A DNA stretch of 64,000 nt from Octopus vulgaris (taxonomy: Eukaryota): NCBI GenBank assembly GCA_951406725.2, contig OX597828.1:16058001-16122000 (forward strand), in the 5' to 3' direction. Positions 1 to 13,975 of the stretch are shown here, in pieces. Within the stretch, counting starts at the first letter, position 1. Each line of letters opens with the position of its first letter. The position numbers were made by a program, and so were the translations under genes. Under the pieces are notes generated by a model that saw only the letters and a list, made by a program, of their open reading frames with translations, was not told where the DNA came from and ran no database searches.

Positions 1-86
1 ACGTTGACCTATTGTAGGTAGCAAGAATCACATCTGAAAGTGGTCAGTGTAAAATAGGATAATCGAGGAATAGGTATTACTGAAAT

Positions 87-128
87 ATAGATAGATATAT
101 AGATAGATAGATAGATAGATTGATAGAC

Positions 129-187
<59 letters not shown>

Positions 188-357
188 TGAATAGGAGATA
201 GATAGAGTGAGATATAGATAGAGCTATAGACAGACAGGAAGAAAGATGGATAGATAGACAAAGAGATAGATAGATATGTTTCTTTATTAGCCACACAGGG
301 CTAGATAGATAAATAAATAGATAGATTGATAGATAGATAGATAGATAGATAGATAGG

Positions 358-408
<51 letters not shown>

Positions 409-850
409 ATTTAGAGATAGATAAATAGACTGCGAGACAGATAGTTGAAAAATTGATAGTTACTCTGTAAGATAGATAGATAGATAAGTGGATAGATATA
501 GTGATAAAACACACATAGATAGATAGGTAGAAAGGCAGATATTTAGATAGATAAGTAGCTAATTAGATGGATAGAGAGGTAGGTAAAAAAAAACAAAGAT
601 AGTAGTAGATTGGTAGACAAACATAGACAGACAGAGAAATAGATATATAGATAAATAGATAGATAGACAGATAGATAGATTGAGAAATAGATACAAGGAT
701 AAACAGATAGACAGATAGATATGTAAGTAGATAGGTAGTTAGACAGGCATTTAAGTGGATAGGTGTCTAGACAAACACAGATAGATAGATTGATGTGCTG
801 AGAGATAGATAGATAGGTTGATACATATGTAAGACTGATAGATATAAAGG
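87..850. repeat. (TAGA)n/(GA)n compound microsatellite, degenerating rightwards
   Basis: Long GATA-type arrays, directly visible. Confidence 0.95.
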
Positions 851-951
851 GTAAATTGATGGAATTAAGAGTGGGCTCAATGTAAACTGTTCCATGTGGA
901 CCTAGGAAAATATGGTGGATAATTGGATAGATATAAAAATGCATATATTGG

Positions 952-952
952 T

Positions 953-1033
<81 letters not shown>

Positions 1034-1051
1034 AAGATATATATATATACA

Positions 1052-1142
<91 letters not shown>

Positions 1143-1242
1143 GTACATATGTACACACACATATAAATGTATATATAATTTCTGCAGAACATGTATCAAT
1201 GTATATGCCTGTGTGTGTGTGTATATATATATATATGCATAT

Positions 1243-1294
<52 letters not shown>

Positions 1295-1360
1295 AGAGCG
1301 AGAGAGAGCGAGAGAAAGAGAGAAAGGGAGAATGCGAGAGAGAGAGAGAGAAAGAGAGAG
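952..1360. repeat. (TA)n/(TACA)n/(GA)n microsatellites
   Basis: Directly visible arrays. Confidence 0.95.
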
Positions 1361-1893
1361 AGGGACTTAGGTCGGGAATGAAATAAAAAAAAACAAATAG
1401 ATTCATAATTAAAGAGATTGATGAATAATTAGTCAGCTAGTTTAATAGGCAGATAGAAAGATAGATATATAAAATGGTACATATGTATGTGTGTGTGTGT
1501 GTGTGTGTGTTTGCGTGTGTGTGAGTGTATGTGTTTATGTCTCTGGGATGTGTGCGAACATAGACTTCCATAGAATGATGAAGTCGGTGGTGTAAAGAGG
1601 CGGGACGGCGTTGCCGTACTTTTCAACTTACTGGATGTAAGAGGGGTAATAGCGTCTACCTTGTCGCTCTTTCCATTCTCAGCGTCAATCAAGAGTCTTA
1701 AGACTCCACATTTCTTCTTAAAAACCTATCTCCATCACTGCATATATGTATATGTATATCTATCTTTTTATCTATTTCTGTCTATCTGTCTGTCTGGCTA
1801 ACTGTCTTTTATATACACATAGATGTATATGCATACACATATGTATATACGCATACGCATACATATATATATATGTTTATATATGTATATAAA

Positions 1894-2052
1894 CGCAGGC
1901 GTGGCTGTGTGGTAAGTAGCTTGCTTACCAACCACACGGTTCCGGGTTCAGTCCCACTGCGTGGCACCTTGGGCAAGCGTCTTCTACTATAGCCAAGGCC
2001 CGATCAAAGCCTCGTGAGTGGATTTGGTTGACGGAAACTGAAAGAAGCCCGT

Positions 2053-2101
<49 letters not shown>

Positions 2102-2235
2102 GTGTGTGTGTTTTGTGTGTCTGTGTTTGTCCCTCCACCATCGCTTGACAACCGATGCTGGTGTGTTTACCTCCCCATAACTTAGCCGTTCGGCAAAAGA
2201 GATCGATAGAATAAGTACTAGACTTACCAAGAACA
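1894..2235 (+). mobile_element. tRNA-derived SINE family A (~420 bp, internal TA/TG microsatellite), 3'-truncated
   Basis: Head GCAGGCGTGGCTGTGTGGTAAG (A box) and GGTTCAGTCCC (B box), CORE-like CCTTGGGCAAG; more than 15 homologous copies in this window. Confidence 0.9.
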
Positions 2236-2304
2236 AAAGAAAAGATAAGAATATATATATATATATATTGTGTATATGTATATACATATATATATTCAAA
2301 TATG

Positions 2305-2344
<40 letters not shown>

Positions 2345-2489
2345 GTGTGTATATATGTGTATATATACATATATATCTATATGAGTGTATATATATATAT
2401 ATATCCTGATAAATAGATATAGATATCTATGTATACGTTTCTGTATATACACACGCATGTATATATTGCGACAGGCAGAAAGTGATGGA

Positions 2490-2552
2490 TAGTAGCAGCA
2501 GGAGCAGCAGCAGCAGTATCAGTCGTCGTCGTAGTAGTAGTAATAGTAGTGT

Positions 2553-2597
<45 letters not shown>

Positions 2598-2630
2598 CAG
2601 CAGCAGCAGCACCAGCAGTAGAAGAAGAAA
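2490..2630. repeat. (TAG)n/(CAG)n trinucleotide repeat
   Basis: Directly visible. Confidence 0.95.
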
Positions 2631-2950
2631 GTGTATAGTCAAAAATTCCCAGAATAATTAAATATACTCTGAGCCTGTACCACCGTTCGCCGATCGTTCG
2701 ATGACAACGGCCAGGATATTGTGAAAACTAGTAATGTCGACAAACGTAGACCGACATTATTATTAACGTTAGACAAAAGTGGCGGGAAGAAGTGAAAACT
2801 ACTGCAATAGTAGTGCACCTTTTGCTTAAGCTAGACTTCAGCTGCTGTTGTGACTGTTGTTGGTACAGCATATGTCGGCTGAAACAACGTATAGCTTTAT
2901 ACATAACGTATATTAAACACAGAACATTCGCGTCCATACAGCACTTAGCC

Positions 2951-3017
2951 GTTCTGATGTTCTGATATTCTGATATTCAGATATTCCGATGTTCTGTTGC
3001 TCTGATGGTCTGATGTT
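2951..3017. repeat. 8-bp minisatellite (RTTCTGAT) x8
   Basis: gttctgat gttctgat attctgat attcagat attccgat gttctgtt gctctgat ggtctgat. Confidence 0.85.
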
Positions 3018-4128
3018 TGCTTTTTCTCGGCTTACTGACTTTTACTATCTTCTGTAAAAGTCGTCTGCTATAATGGTAGACATTGTGTGCAGGCGTCTTT
3101 GTACGCATGTGCATATACGTACGGCGGATGCATGAATGTGTGTGTGTATGTGCGTTTATGAATATTCCTATGTGTGTGTGTGTGTGTGTGTGTTTGTGTA
3201 CGTGTTGTTTTTACCAGTCGTGACCATCCCATCTTATTTCGACAATCACTTGAAGTAACTACTGGGGCCGGTTCAATCGTCTGATTCGTGTTTCCCCCGT
3301 CTGCAGTCTCGTAGACTTCTAATAACAGACGACGTACGTATAAGAAAAGATCAGGACGGAATATTCTTAGTGTCGCTTGCGTTTTAAGGGCAGATGAAAA
3401 TGCGACCCTCAACAATCATAGCCGTTGTTCTTTAACCTTAAGTCTGGTCAACTCTGACCAAGCTGACCTATGACCAAAAAAAAAACAAAAAAAAAAAGAA
3501 AAAAAGAAGAAAAGCATTGTAACCGCAACAGTACAATCTACCCTTGTCTGTGTGTCTGTCTCTCTCTGTGTCTCTTGCTCCTTTCTCTCTCTCCTTCTCT
3601 CTCTCTGTCAGCCTCTTTGTCCCTCTATCTTTCTGTCTATCTCTGTCTATTTCTGTCACTCTTCCTCTCTCTCTTTCCTCTTCACCCACTCTCTGCCTGT
3701 CTGTCTGTCTGTCTATCTCTTTGTCTCCCTTTGCCTCTCTTTGTCTCCCTTTGTCTCTTTCTCCCCCCTCTCTTTCCTAGTCTCTTTCTAACTATCTATC
3801 TGTCTGCCTCACACTTCTTCCACCCTCTCTCACATTCTTCCTCTCCTTTCTCTCCGTTCCCTCTCTCTTTCTCTCCCATTCTCATTCGTCTTCACCCAAC
3901 TGTCTCTTTCTTTGCGTGATTCAAAAGGAAATCTAGCTGCTATTTCTAAAACAGCCCAGCAACCGACCATATAAACATTCCTCTTCCCTATTTAAGTGGG
4001 GATCTGCAACCCCTAGGTATTTATTTGCTTTGAAATACAAAACGATGGAACAATGCTACACGGAGCCTATTATTAAACGGGATAGGTGGCGCCTCGATCA
4101 TCGTGCCCGACCAACGCAACGCAAGTCA

Positions 4129-4382
4129 ATAGTAGTAGTAGTAGTAGTAGTAGTCATCATCGTAGTAGTAGTAACAGCAGCAGCAGTAACAGTGGTAGCA
4201 GCGGTGGCGGTAGTAGTTGTGGAGGTGGTTTTGGTGTAGGAAGAATAGTGGTAGTTGTAATAGTGTTAGCAGCAGCAGCAATAGTGTTAGTAATGGTGTA
4301 GTGGTGGTGGTAGTAGTAGTATTAGTAGCAGTAGTGGTGGTGGTGATGATAGTGGTGGTAGTAGTAGTAGTAGTAGTTGCAA

Positions 4383-4414
<32 letters not shown>

Positions 4415-4518
4415 ATAATAGCAGTGGTGATGGTGGTGGTGGTAGTAATAGTGGTAGTGATGGTGGTGGTGGTGATGGTAGTGGTGGCGGTGGTGGTGGT
4501 GGTAGTAGTAGTAGTTGC

Positions 4519-4567
<49 letters not shown>

Positions 4568-4690
4568 ATAGCAGTGGTGGTGGTGGTGATGGTGATGGTG
4601 TTGGTGTCGGCGGCGGCGGCGGTGGTGGTGATGGTGGTGGTGGTTGTAGTAGTAGTAGTTGTAGCAGTAGTAGCTGTATTAGTAGTAATA
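4129..4690. repeat. Compound (GTA)n/(GTG)n/(GCA)n trinucleotide array
   Basis: Directly visible; explains the poly-Val, poly-Ser and poly-Leu/Pro ORFs. Confidence 0.95.
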
Positions 4691-5418
4691 TCAAGGAGAA
4701 CGCTACTAACTTGTATCCTGCCTTTATATTGTTTCTCTAAGTCAGACAGCGTGATGTAAATTGAGGGACACTTGAATGCTATTTCTAGCTTGGTTTGACG
4801 CGACTAAAATAGGCATGTTAATTCTAAGAGTTCAACCTTAAACAAAGCTAATATATAATTACAAGCATTCCAGCCGTGACCAGCCGTTTGAGTTTTAAGG
4901 TTTCATAGGAGTGACTACATTATCTAACATCTCCCGTTTTTTTTGTAAGGTGATAGGATGTGATTTGAGTGATATTTGGCTGCTATTTCTAGCAGGTGAA
5001 AGACTTTCTTATCGTGGCCATCACGTCGGTTTGGAAAGGCTATTTAGGAATACTTTATCTAATGTGTTTTTCTTTATCAATATTTAAGACGATAAAGCGT
5101 GTCTCTCAGCTGATTGGCTACATAGAAACTTCCATGTTGTCTGTGTGAAGTGTTGCTTGCTCTTCAGGTCAGCACTGACCAAAGCACACTTATGATGAAA
5201 GACGTTCCATTTGTGACCATATCGCAAGCGTGGCTGTGAGGTTAAGAAGTTTGCTTCCTAATCGTGCGATCTTGGGTTCAGGTCCAAGGCGTGTTACCGC
5301 CGACAAGTGTCTTCTACTATAGCTCCGGGCCGACAGAGCCTTGTGAGTCAATTTGATAGATGGAAAATAGAAAGAAGACCCTCGTATATATACACACATA
5401 GACACACACATGGCAAGC

Positions 5419-5477
<59 letters not shown>

Positions 5478-5481
<4 letters not shown>

Positions 5482-6712
5482 GTCCCAAAATTAAGGTAAC
5501 CAACTTTTTTCAAATTTGCTAAAACAAAAAACATCGTCATGTTACGGGTCCGAGCGTTGCAATGCTATGGTAAAGGAACCACAATTATGATACTACCCCA
5601 TTTACTCGATATGACTACCTCTGTTTCGAATCACAGCTTAAATCTAGATACGAATGTTTCACACACGGCACGCAGCTGTTCTTGTGGAATCGAAGACCAT
5701 TCCTGGTGCAGTTTTGCCTACAGAGCGTCGAGCTAAGCCTGAGGAGTGTTCAAACAGAAAAATCTAGCTAGTTGAGATTGGGGCTTCTTCAGGGCCATAC
5801 ATCCTCGCTTATGAACGACGGAATATTTTTCTGAATCTGTGTTGTGTCTGTTTGAAGCTGTGGGATGGTGCCGAATCCTGTTGGAAGCTCCAAGGTGCCC
5901 CTTGAAAGTGCTCATTCGCCCATGAAAGCAGTTCAGCTTCCAGAATGTCGATAATGTATCGCTGGATGTTAATTTTGACACCCGAGGGCACAAAAACGAG
6001 GGGAGACATTCCATTTGCAGTCACAACCTCCCAAGCCATAACTGACTGTAGACTTTGACGTCTATTTCGAGTCTACACTCGACGGAGTCAGATACACACC
6101 AAAGTCGATCATTCTGGTGGTTCACTGCTTGTTCGATGTTAAATTTCTTTTCATCAATGAACACCAGGCTGGGAAGCAATCTAACGCAGGATGACACGAC
6201 TTATCTCCAGTTTCATGGCCTTATAAATTTGCGTGAGCTCATGACGACGGGATTATCTTGTAAGGGTGGGACCTGAGATCCTCTTTCAGCACTCGATACA
6301 TCGATGTTCTGCTTATTTTTTGGTATGGTAGCCAGTTTTCTGACGGAACGGTGAGGATTTCGCCGTATCTTTTCTCTGGTACTATTGATAAGCTGAGGGG
6401 TCTATATACTACTTTTTCGGTCACGTTCAGTTCAATCAGCGGTGGAACCAGTCTCTTGAAATTTCTTGACAATTTTCCAGACTGTTATTCGGTTTCTCTT
6501 AAGCCTTTTTGCTATAGCTGTATTACTTTCGCTTCCTTTATAGAGGCTTATAATGTATTTCGGACTATAGCTATTATCTAATTTATAAATCTGAAAATAT
6601 TTAGTCCGAAACAAAGAGAAGACGCACTAAGCTTTTATAAAGATGCATAATTTTCATATCTTATCACATTTATTGATAGATATTAAAGCCCGAAACTTCG
6701 GGGTACCCTGTA
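5478..6712 (-). mobile_element. Decayed Tc1/mariner-superfamily transposon, DD37D (maT)-like transposase pseudogene
   Basis: Minus-strand fragments include an HTH-like IAKRLKRNRITVWKIVKKFQETG, LVFIDEKKFNIEQAVNHQNDR (1st D), FQQDSAPSH (2nd D) and WP*RSPNLN*LDFSV (3rd D), with stops and frameshifts. Ends CAGTGTCCC / CAGGGTACCCC are a weak TIR match. Confidence 0.85.
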
Positions 6713-6775
6713 TATATATATATATATATTTTTTCTTCTTAAGAAAAATGTATAGTCAAATAAATAAAACATAAG

Positions 6776-6805
6776 ATCATGAATAGCGATAGCGAAACCG
6801 GTCGA
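6776..6805 (+). ncRNA. Degenerate minimal type I hammerhead motif (Penelope-type)
   Basis: ATC-ATGAATA-GC gata GC-GAAA-CCG-GTC-GAT; the core has two substitutions versus CUGANGA. Confidence 0.4.
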
Positions 6806-6916
6806 TATATTAAAAATTATATTAAAACCATTAAGTGTGCATATTTTCCTTTTTTTTTATTTCTTATATACTTTACAACCCACCACGTGGGGATAATCGA
6901 AATTCCTCTTTTCTGT

Positions 6917-6994
<78 letters not shown>

Positions 6995-6998
<4 letters not shown>

Positions 6999-7117
6999 AA
7001 GGATGTATGAAAAGTTTTGAGCATTCAAGGCCTTTGAGCCTTGAAGTCTTCTATCTTCATCAGACGTCTTGTACCATGTTTTGTTTTTTTGAGGCTCAAG
7101 ATATTTTATACACCCCT

Positions 7118-7121
<4 letters not shown>
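6995..7121. mobile_element. Mariner-type MITE (~127 bp) inserted in (TA)n
   Basis: Imperfect TIRs TACAAAGGATGTATGAAAAGTTTTGAGC / revcomp TACCAGGGGTGTATAAAATATCTTGAGC, with TA flanks. Confidence 0.65.
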
Positions 7122-7172
<51 letters not shown>

Positions 7173-7175
<3 letters not shown>

Positions 7176-8402
7176 GAGGCGACGTCACTCGGGTTCACCA
7201 TAGTCTTCGTCACTCGGATTCATCAAAGATTTCACATAAGACCATTGCCTACTCGAAGAATTTCCCGTTTCTCCGCAATATTTCTAGCTCCAAATAGCTT
7301 AATTTTTTTTAATATATCTAGCACTATATCTTTCTCCATTTCTAAGTTAAGGGTAAATATAAAGCAACCCTGCAAACACAACTGATCTTTACACACAGAC
7401 GCACTGAATAACAGTACTGAAATAACTACAGCGGAGTGCACAAACATTAGCAATCTTGACAGTAGCCTGCACTCTCGATAAGAGATGCCATTTAGTCTTT
7501 TACGCCTACCAGGCTCGTTCATATTAGCCCGAGTTGCTGGATAATTTTTCGTTCCTTTAAGAATATTCTAGAACAGAAACTTTTCATAGATTGGAATTTA
7601 AATCTGAATCCCTATAGAAATTTCTTGTTCATGAAACATTGATTTTGAGTTACTTTTAATTTTTACGATTATAGATAGCAACTCGGGTTGTAACTTCTGA
7701 GCGCGAGTCATGCGTGCGTGAACAATGTTGAGACAACATCAGCTACGAATGATATGTTTTGATACAGGGCACTTCTAAGATACCGCCAGAGGCTGAACGA
7801 AAATAAAAGAACTGCGATCGGACTGAATAAATAGAGCCCGAGTTATTGGCTGCAATTACATACTTGGAGTCAGTGTTGCCAGAAATTAAATCAGCTTACA
7901 AATACACGTTCACTTTACTCTTTTTACTCTTTTACTTGTTTCAGTCATTTGACTGCGGCCATGCTGGAGCACCGCCTTTAGTCGAGCAACTCGACCTCGG
8001 GACTTATTCTTTGTAAGCCCAGTACTTATTCTATCGGTCTCTTTTTGCCGAACCGCTAAGTAACGGGGACATAAACACACCAGCATCGGTTGTCAAGCAA
8101 TGCTAGGGGGACAAACAAGGACACACAAACACATACACACACACACACACAGATATATATATATATATACATATATACGACAGGCTTCTTTCAGTTTCCG
8201 TCTACCAAATCCACTCACAAGGCATTGGTCGGCCCGAGGCTATAGTAGAAGACACTTGCCCAAGATGCCACACAGTGGGACTGAACCCGGAACCATGTGG
8301 TTGGTTAGCAAGCTACTTACCACACAGCCACTCCTGCGTTCACTTTACTAAATTTATACTCGGGCTAAGCCCGAACAGCCCGAGTGCCGGAGTCGCCACT
8401 GA
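7173..8402. mobile_element. Non-autonomous hAT-like DNA transposon interrupted by a SINE
   Basis: Termini CAGAGGCGACGTCACTCGGG and revcomp CAGTGGCGACTCCGGCACTCGGG; a repeated CTCGGG/CCCGAG motif occurs about 6 times. Confidence 0.6.
7915..8338 (-). mobile_element. SINE family A, near full length, with 13-bp TSD
   Basis: Family A match; CGTTCACTTTACT is duplicated at ~7907-7919 and ~8337-8349. Confidence 0.92.
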
Positions 8403-8405
8403 TAA

Positions 8406-8447
<42 letters not shown>

Positions 8448-8449
8448 CT

Positions 8450-8633
8450 TTTATCTTTTACTTGTTTCAGTTATTACACTGCACTGCCACCATGCTGGGG
8501 CACTGCCTTGAAAAATTTTAGTCGCACTTATTCTTTTTAAGCCAGATAATTATTATATCGGTCTCTTTTACAGAACCGTGAAGCTAAGGGGACGTTAACA
8601 CACCAACACTGGTTGTCAAATGGTGAAGGGGTA

Positions 8634-8681
<48 letters not shown>

Positions 8682-8842
8682 TACGACAGATTTCTTTTAG
8701 TTTCCGTCAACCAAATCCACTCACAAACCTGTGTTCGGCCCGACACTATAGGAGAAGACATTTGCACAACGTTCCGTGCAGCAGGACTGAATCCGGAACC
8801 ACGTGGCTGGAGAGCAAACTTCATACCACACAGTCACGCTTG
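8450..8842 (-). mobile_element. SINE family A, old diverged copy
   Basis: Diverged but colinear with family A. Confidence 0.8.
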
Positions 8843-8994
8843 CACATACAGTCACACCTGTGACTACATATTTATATACATGCCTATATATATGATTATA
8901 CTGGGTGGCCTCGTGCCGTCAAAAATGATGGCTAATTGTAGCATTCTATATATAAACAAGAATACTCAGAGAATACTCAATCAATCAACAAATC

Positions 8995-9216
<222 letters not shown>

Positions 9217-9717
9217 ATCCCCCACACATACATGCATACAAATATACATACATACACACATACGCACACACTCATCAAAATTTCTCGCTCTTCGTTGCTG
9301 GGTCGCAGCACTCATCAGATGGAAGCCAGCTAACACCATGAGAATTTTGTGGGAAAAACATCTGAACTTCCACGACTGATATGATGAAATAGTTATTTAA
9401 TTTCATATATTTCAATGTATTCGATTTATTTCAATTTATTTGATTTATTTCAATTTCTTTCCCAATCTTTTGCTGCGTGAACAAATCGTCTTTCTAAACG
9501 ATCGAAACCGGTAGCGTATTTTGATAAAAACATATACATTTTCTTTTGTTTTATCCATGATAAAATATACAAACCATTTTTTCGGCACTAATCTTATAGT
9601 AAAAATTCATTCGTGTGAAACCTGTTAACGTTTTCAATACATACATGCATACATACATACATACATACATACATACATACATACATACATACATACATAC
9701 ATACATACATGCATATA

Positions 9718-10045
9718 TACAAATCCAATCCTTCACTGGAGCTGTAAAAATCTGTAAAACCTTTCAGAAGTTTATCATATAAATATATATGAGCATGTCT
9801 AGATATGCAACTATATGCATGACAATACATACATAAAACATACAAATCTGCACATACATAAAAACATACATACACACATGATACATCCATCCATCCATCC
9901 ATCCATCCATCCATACATACATACATACAAACAAAAATAACCCTGTTGATGTTGTTGAAATTCCAATGTAGGAGCCTTGATCTGGGTTAGAAACCGGTGC
10001 TTTTTCTATTGGTAAAAAAAATCTTGAAATAAACTGAATAATGAC
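9718..10045 (+). mobile_element. 3' end of R4/Dong-like non-LTR retrotransposon in (ACAT)n
   Basis: Encodes the ORF end QIQSFTGAVKICKTFQKFII* plus a 3' UTR homologous to the RLE-bearing copy at 50572-51590. Confidence 0.8.
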
Positions 10046-10094
10046 ATACATATATACATACATATATACATGCATGCATACATACATTCACATA

Positions 10095-10231
<137 letters not shown>

Positions 10232-10439
10232 ATATATATGTTGGTGTGTGTGTGTGTGTGCATATATACGCATATTCTCGAAGTCGTATATTTGATGAAT
10301 GTGCATTTTAGAATACTTTAGGTTTTCTTTCAGTACCAACAATGCTGCACATCAGCCAATACGTTCATTCCACATTAGCTTGTACCACATATCTATCTTT
10401 CTCCGTCTCTCTGTCATTTAGGTGAACCTCATATGTATA

Positions 10440-11290
10440 TATTCAATGTTTTTGCATTTCATGTTCTCGTTTTTCATATTGTTTACGTTTTTTGACGTCC
10501 TGTACCCATATATGCATGTGTATAAATTTATATATACGTAAGTATGTACATGTATGCGTGCATATATGCATATAAATAAATATTTATATATCTATATATA
10601 TATTATTTATATATATATTTCCAAGTAATTTTTATCTTAATAATTCTGATGCGACGCCATTCTATCACTATCTATATTTCTCTCCCTTTTCCTCTTTCTG
10701 CTTTCTTTTTTTCTCTCCCACTCTTTCTCTAATACTTCTCCTCAACCTCTCTATCTCACCGCTCTCTATCTGTCCCTCTTTCTCCCTCATTCTTCCTCCT
10801 TGACTCTCGTTGCTCACACGTGACCAGCGGTCATCTTTCTTCTCCTAACTTAAATTTCTTTCTTTCTTCTCGTTCTGCTACAAGGGATAGCACGCATTTT
10901 GTCTGTATCCTGTCAAAGCTTGTTTCTCCAGCATTCACAACTTCATTTTGTTTTGGCTTAACAGCCCTTACCGTTTGTTTTAACTGTCCTCTTTTTCTTA
11001 CCCACTATGACCCTTCGCAAACCCGAAAGTTTATTTAATTGGCTTTGCGGGAGCGATTGTTTTGACGAAGAAGCATCTTGTCCTAACGCTCGAAATGCGG
11101 AGTAGATAAAACAGTGGACAACTGATGAAGGGATCCTTCTTTATGTTGCCTGTCTCGTTTCTCTTTTTGTTTTCGTTGTTCGCGAAAAAAGTTCATTTTC
11201 CATGTTATTGTATTTCATGTTACGTTTTTTGACGTCCTGTACCCATATATGCATATGTATATGCATATATATGTTTGTATGTACATGTAT
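10440..11290 (+). mobile_element. Probable Penelope-like terminal region with direct repeat
   Basis: Identical ~35-bp TTACGTTTTTTGACGTCCTGTACCCATATATGCAT at ~10483 and ~11220; degenerate hammerhead-like TTGACGA...GCTC-GAAA at ~11061-11096. Confidence 0.45.
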
Positions 11291-11320
11291 ATATGCATAT
11301 ATACATATATTATTTATATT

Positions 11321-11363
<43 letters not shown>

Positions 11364-11407
11364 CATATATACACACATAAACATACATACATACATACAT
11401 ACATACA

Positions 11408-11439
<32 letters not shown>

Positions 11440-12001
11440 CACATATATGAAAATAATGTAGTAGACGATGATAGCCCGGTAAACTAATGCCGGATATCGG
11501 ACGCATACACATATATATATATATATATATATATACAAATGCATGCATAAATTAATATAAACATGCATAATTGTACACTCACACACACACACACACACAC
11601 ACATTTATATACCATATAATAAGGGAGTGAAAGGTAAGCAAGAGAAAGAGAGAGAGAGAGAGATTGCGCGCGGGAGGAGAGCGACAAATTGGGAGAGACG
11701 GAGAGACAGATAGATAGATAATAGAATGGATAGATTTATAGATAGATATAGAGTGAGTGAGTGAGAGAGAGAAAGAAAGGGATTGAGAGAAAGAGAGAGG
11801 GATAGAGAGTATAGATGAGAGGCAGGAAAACAAATACATAGAATGATATATATACATATGTATATGTATACATACAGATATATATATCTATATCTATATA
11901 TCTATAAATATATATGCACGTCTGTTTGTATGTAAATGTACACACACACACACATATACATGCATATAGTCAAATTGGAGGAAAGAGAAATAGGTTGTGA
12001 G

Positions 12002-12070
<69 letters not shown>

Positions 12071-12450
12071 AATAATATTGATAGATAGAAGGAAGACAGA
12101 GAGAAGAAATGGGCAGGTAGCTAGAAATAGATAGAGAGAAGCAGAGAAGGATAGACTCGGATAGACGCTAAGACTTCCCACTAAACCCTGTAGTCAAGGA
12201 AATTTAGATGCATAGCAACACTTCAAATCTCCTTCCTCATTTGGTTTCTATCTCTCACCCTCTCTCAGTCCCAACCTCTCTCTCGCTTCTCTCTCTCTCT
12301 CTCTCTCGTTTTCTCTGTCTCTCTCTCACTCGCCTTCTATCTCTTTCTTTCGATTTTTCTCTCTCTCTCTCACTCTCTCTCGCTTTATCCCTCTCTCTCC
12401 CCTCCTTCCGTCAGCCTTATACACGTTTGATTCTTCTGTCTTCCTTCATT

Positions 12451-12490
<40 letters not shown>

Positions 12491-12576
12491 TGTTTCTTTC
12501 TTCCTTCCTTTCTTTCCCTCTTTCTTTTTCACTCACAACACTGTTTTTTTCATTCCACCGATTGCAAACACACCAC

Positions 12577-12644
<68 letters not shown>

Positions 12645-12797
12645 CAATATACACAGTCACACACAAACACACACAGAAACACACACACACATAAGCACAA
12701 CATATACACACGCACAACACACAGTCACACACAGTCACACACAGTCACACACAGTCACACACAGTCACACAGAAACACACACACACATAAGCACAAC

Positions 12798-12828
<31 letters not shown>

Positions 12829-13071
12829 CTCTCTCTCCCCCTCTCTCACTGTCACTTTTACCCTCTTTCTCTATCGATCTATCTGTATCTGTTCCTGTCT
12901 CTCACACATACAGAAAAATGGCCATCACATATACTCATAAACGCACATAAGCAAACACGCACACGTTCGTACATACTTACGTAAGTACATACACACATAC
13001 ATATATAAACACAACCACAGGAAGACATACATCTATACTGAAAGTCATACATATAGATCAATGAAAATATT

Positions 13072-13582
<511 letters not shown>

Positions 13583-13746
13583 AGGCGTAGAAGTGGCTGT
13601 GTTGTAAGTAACTTGTTTACCAACCACATGGTTCCAGGTTCAGTCCCACTGCGTGGCACCTTGGGCAAAAGTCTTCTACTATAGCCTCGGGCCGACCAAA
13701 GACTTGTGAGTGGATTTGGTTAGACGGAAACTGAAAGAAGCCCGTC

Positions 13747-13779
<33 letters not shown>

Positions 13780-13826
13780 TATATATATATGTGTGTGTGT
13801 GTATGTTTGTGTGTCTGTGTTTGTCC
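13583..13826 (+). mobile_element. SINE family A 5' half, head-to-head with the previous copy
   Basis: AGGCGTAGAAGTGGCTGTG...GGTTCAGTCCC...CCCGTCG. Confidence 0.9.
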
Positions 13827-13849
13827 GCATATACGCACTGACTTACACT

Positions 13850-13887
<38 letters not shown>

Positions 13888-13911
13888 CACACAGACGCAC
13901 CCACACATACA

Positions 13912-13975
<64 letters not shown>

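Noticed and set aside
8100-8351. Recurrent ORFs such as RQASFSFRLPNPLTRHWSARGYSRRHLPK
   Set aside because: Antisense translations of SINE family A; the recurrence reflects repeat copy number.
11121-11150. CTGATGAAGG motif (similar on the minus strand near 32125)
   Set aside because: No downstream GAAA and NUH in a suitable arrangement.
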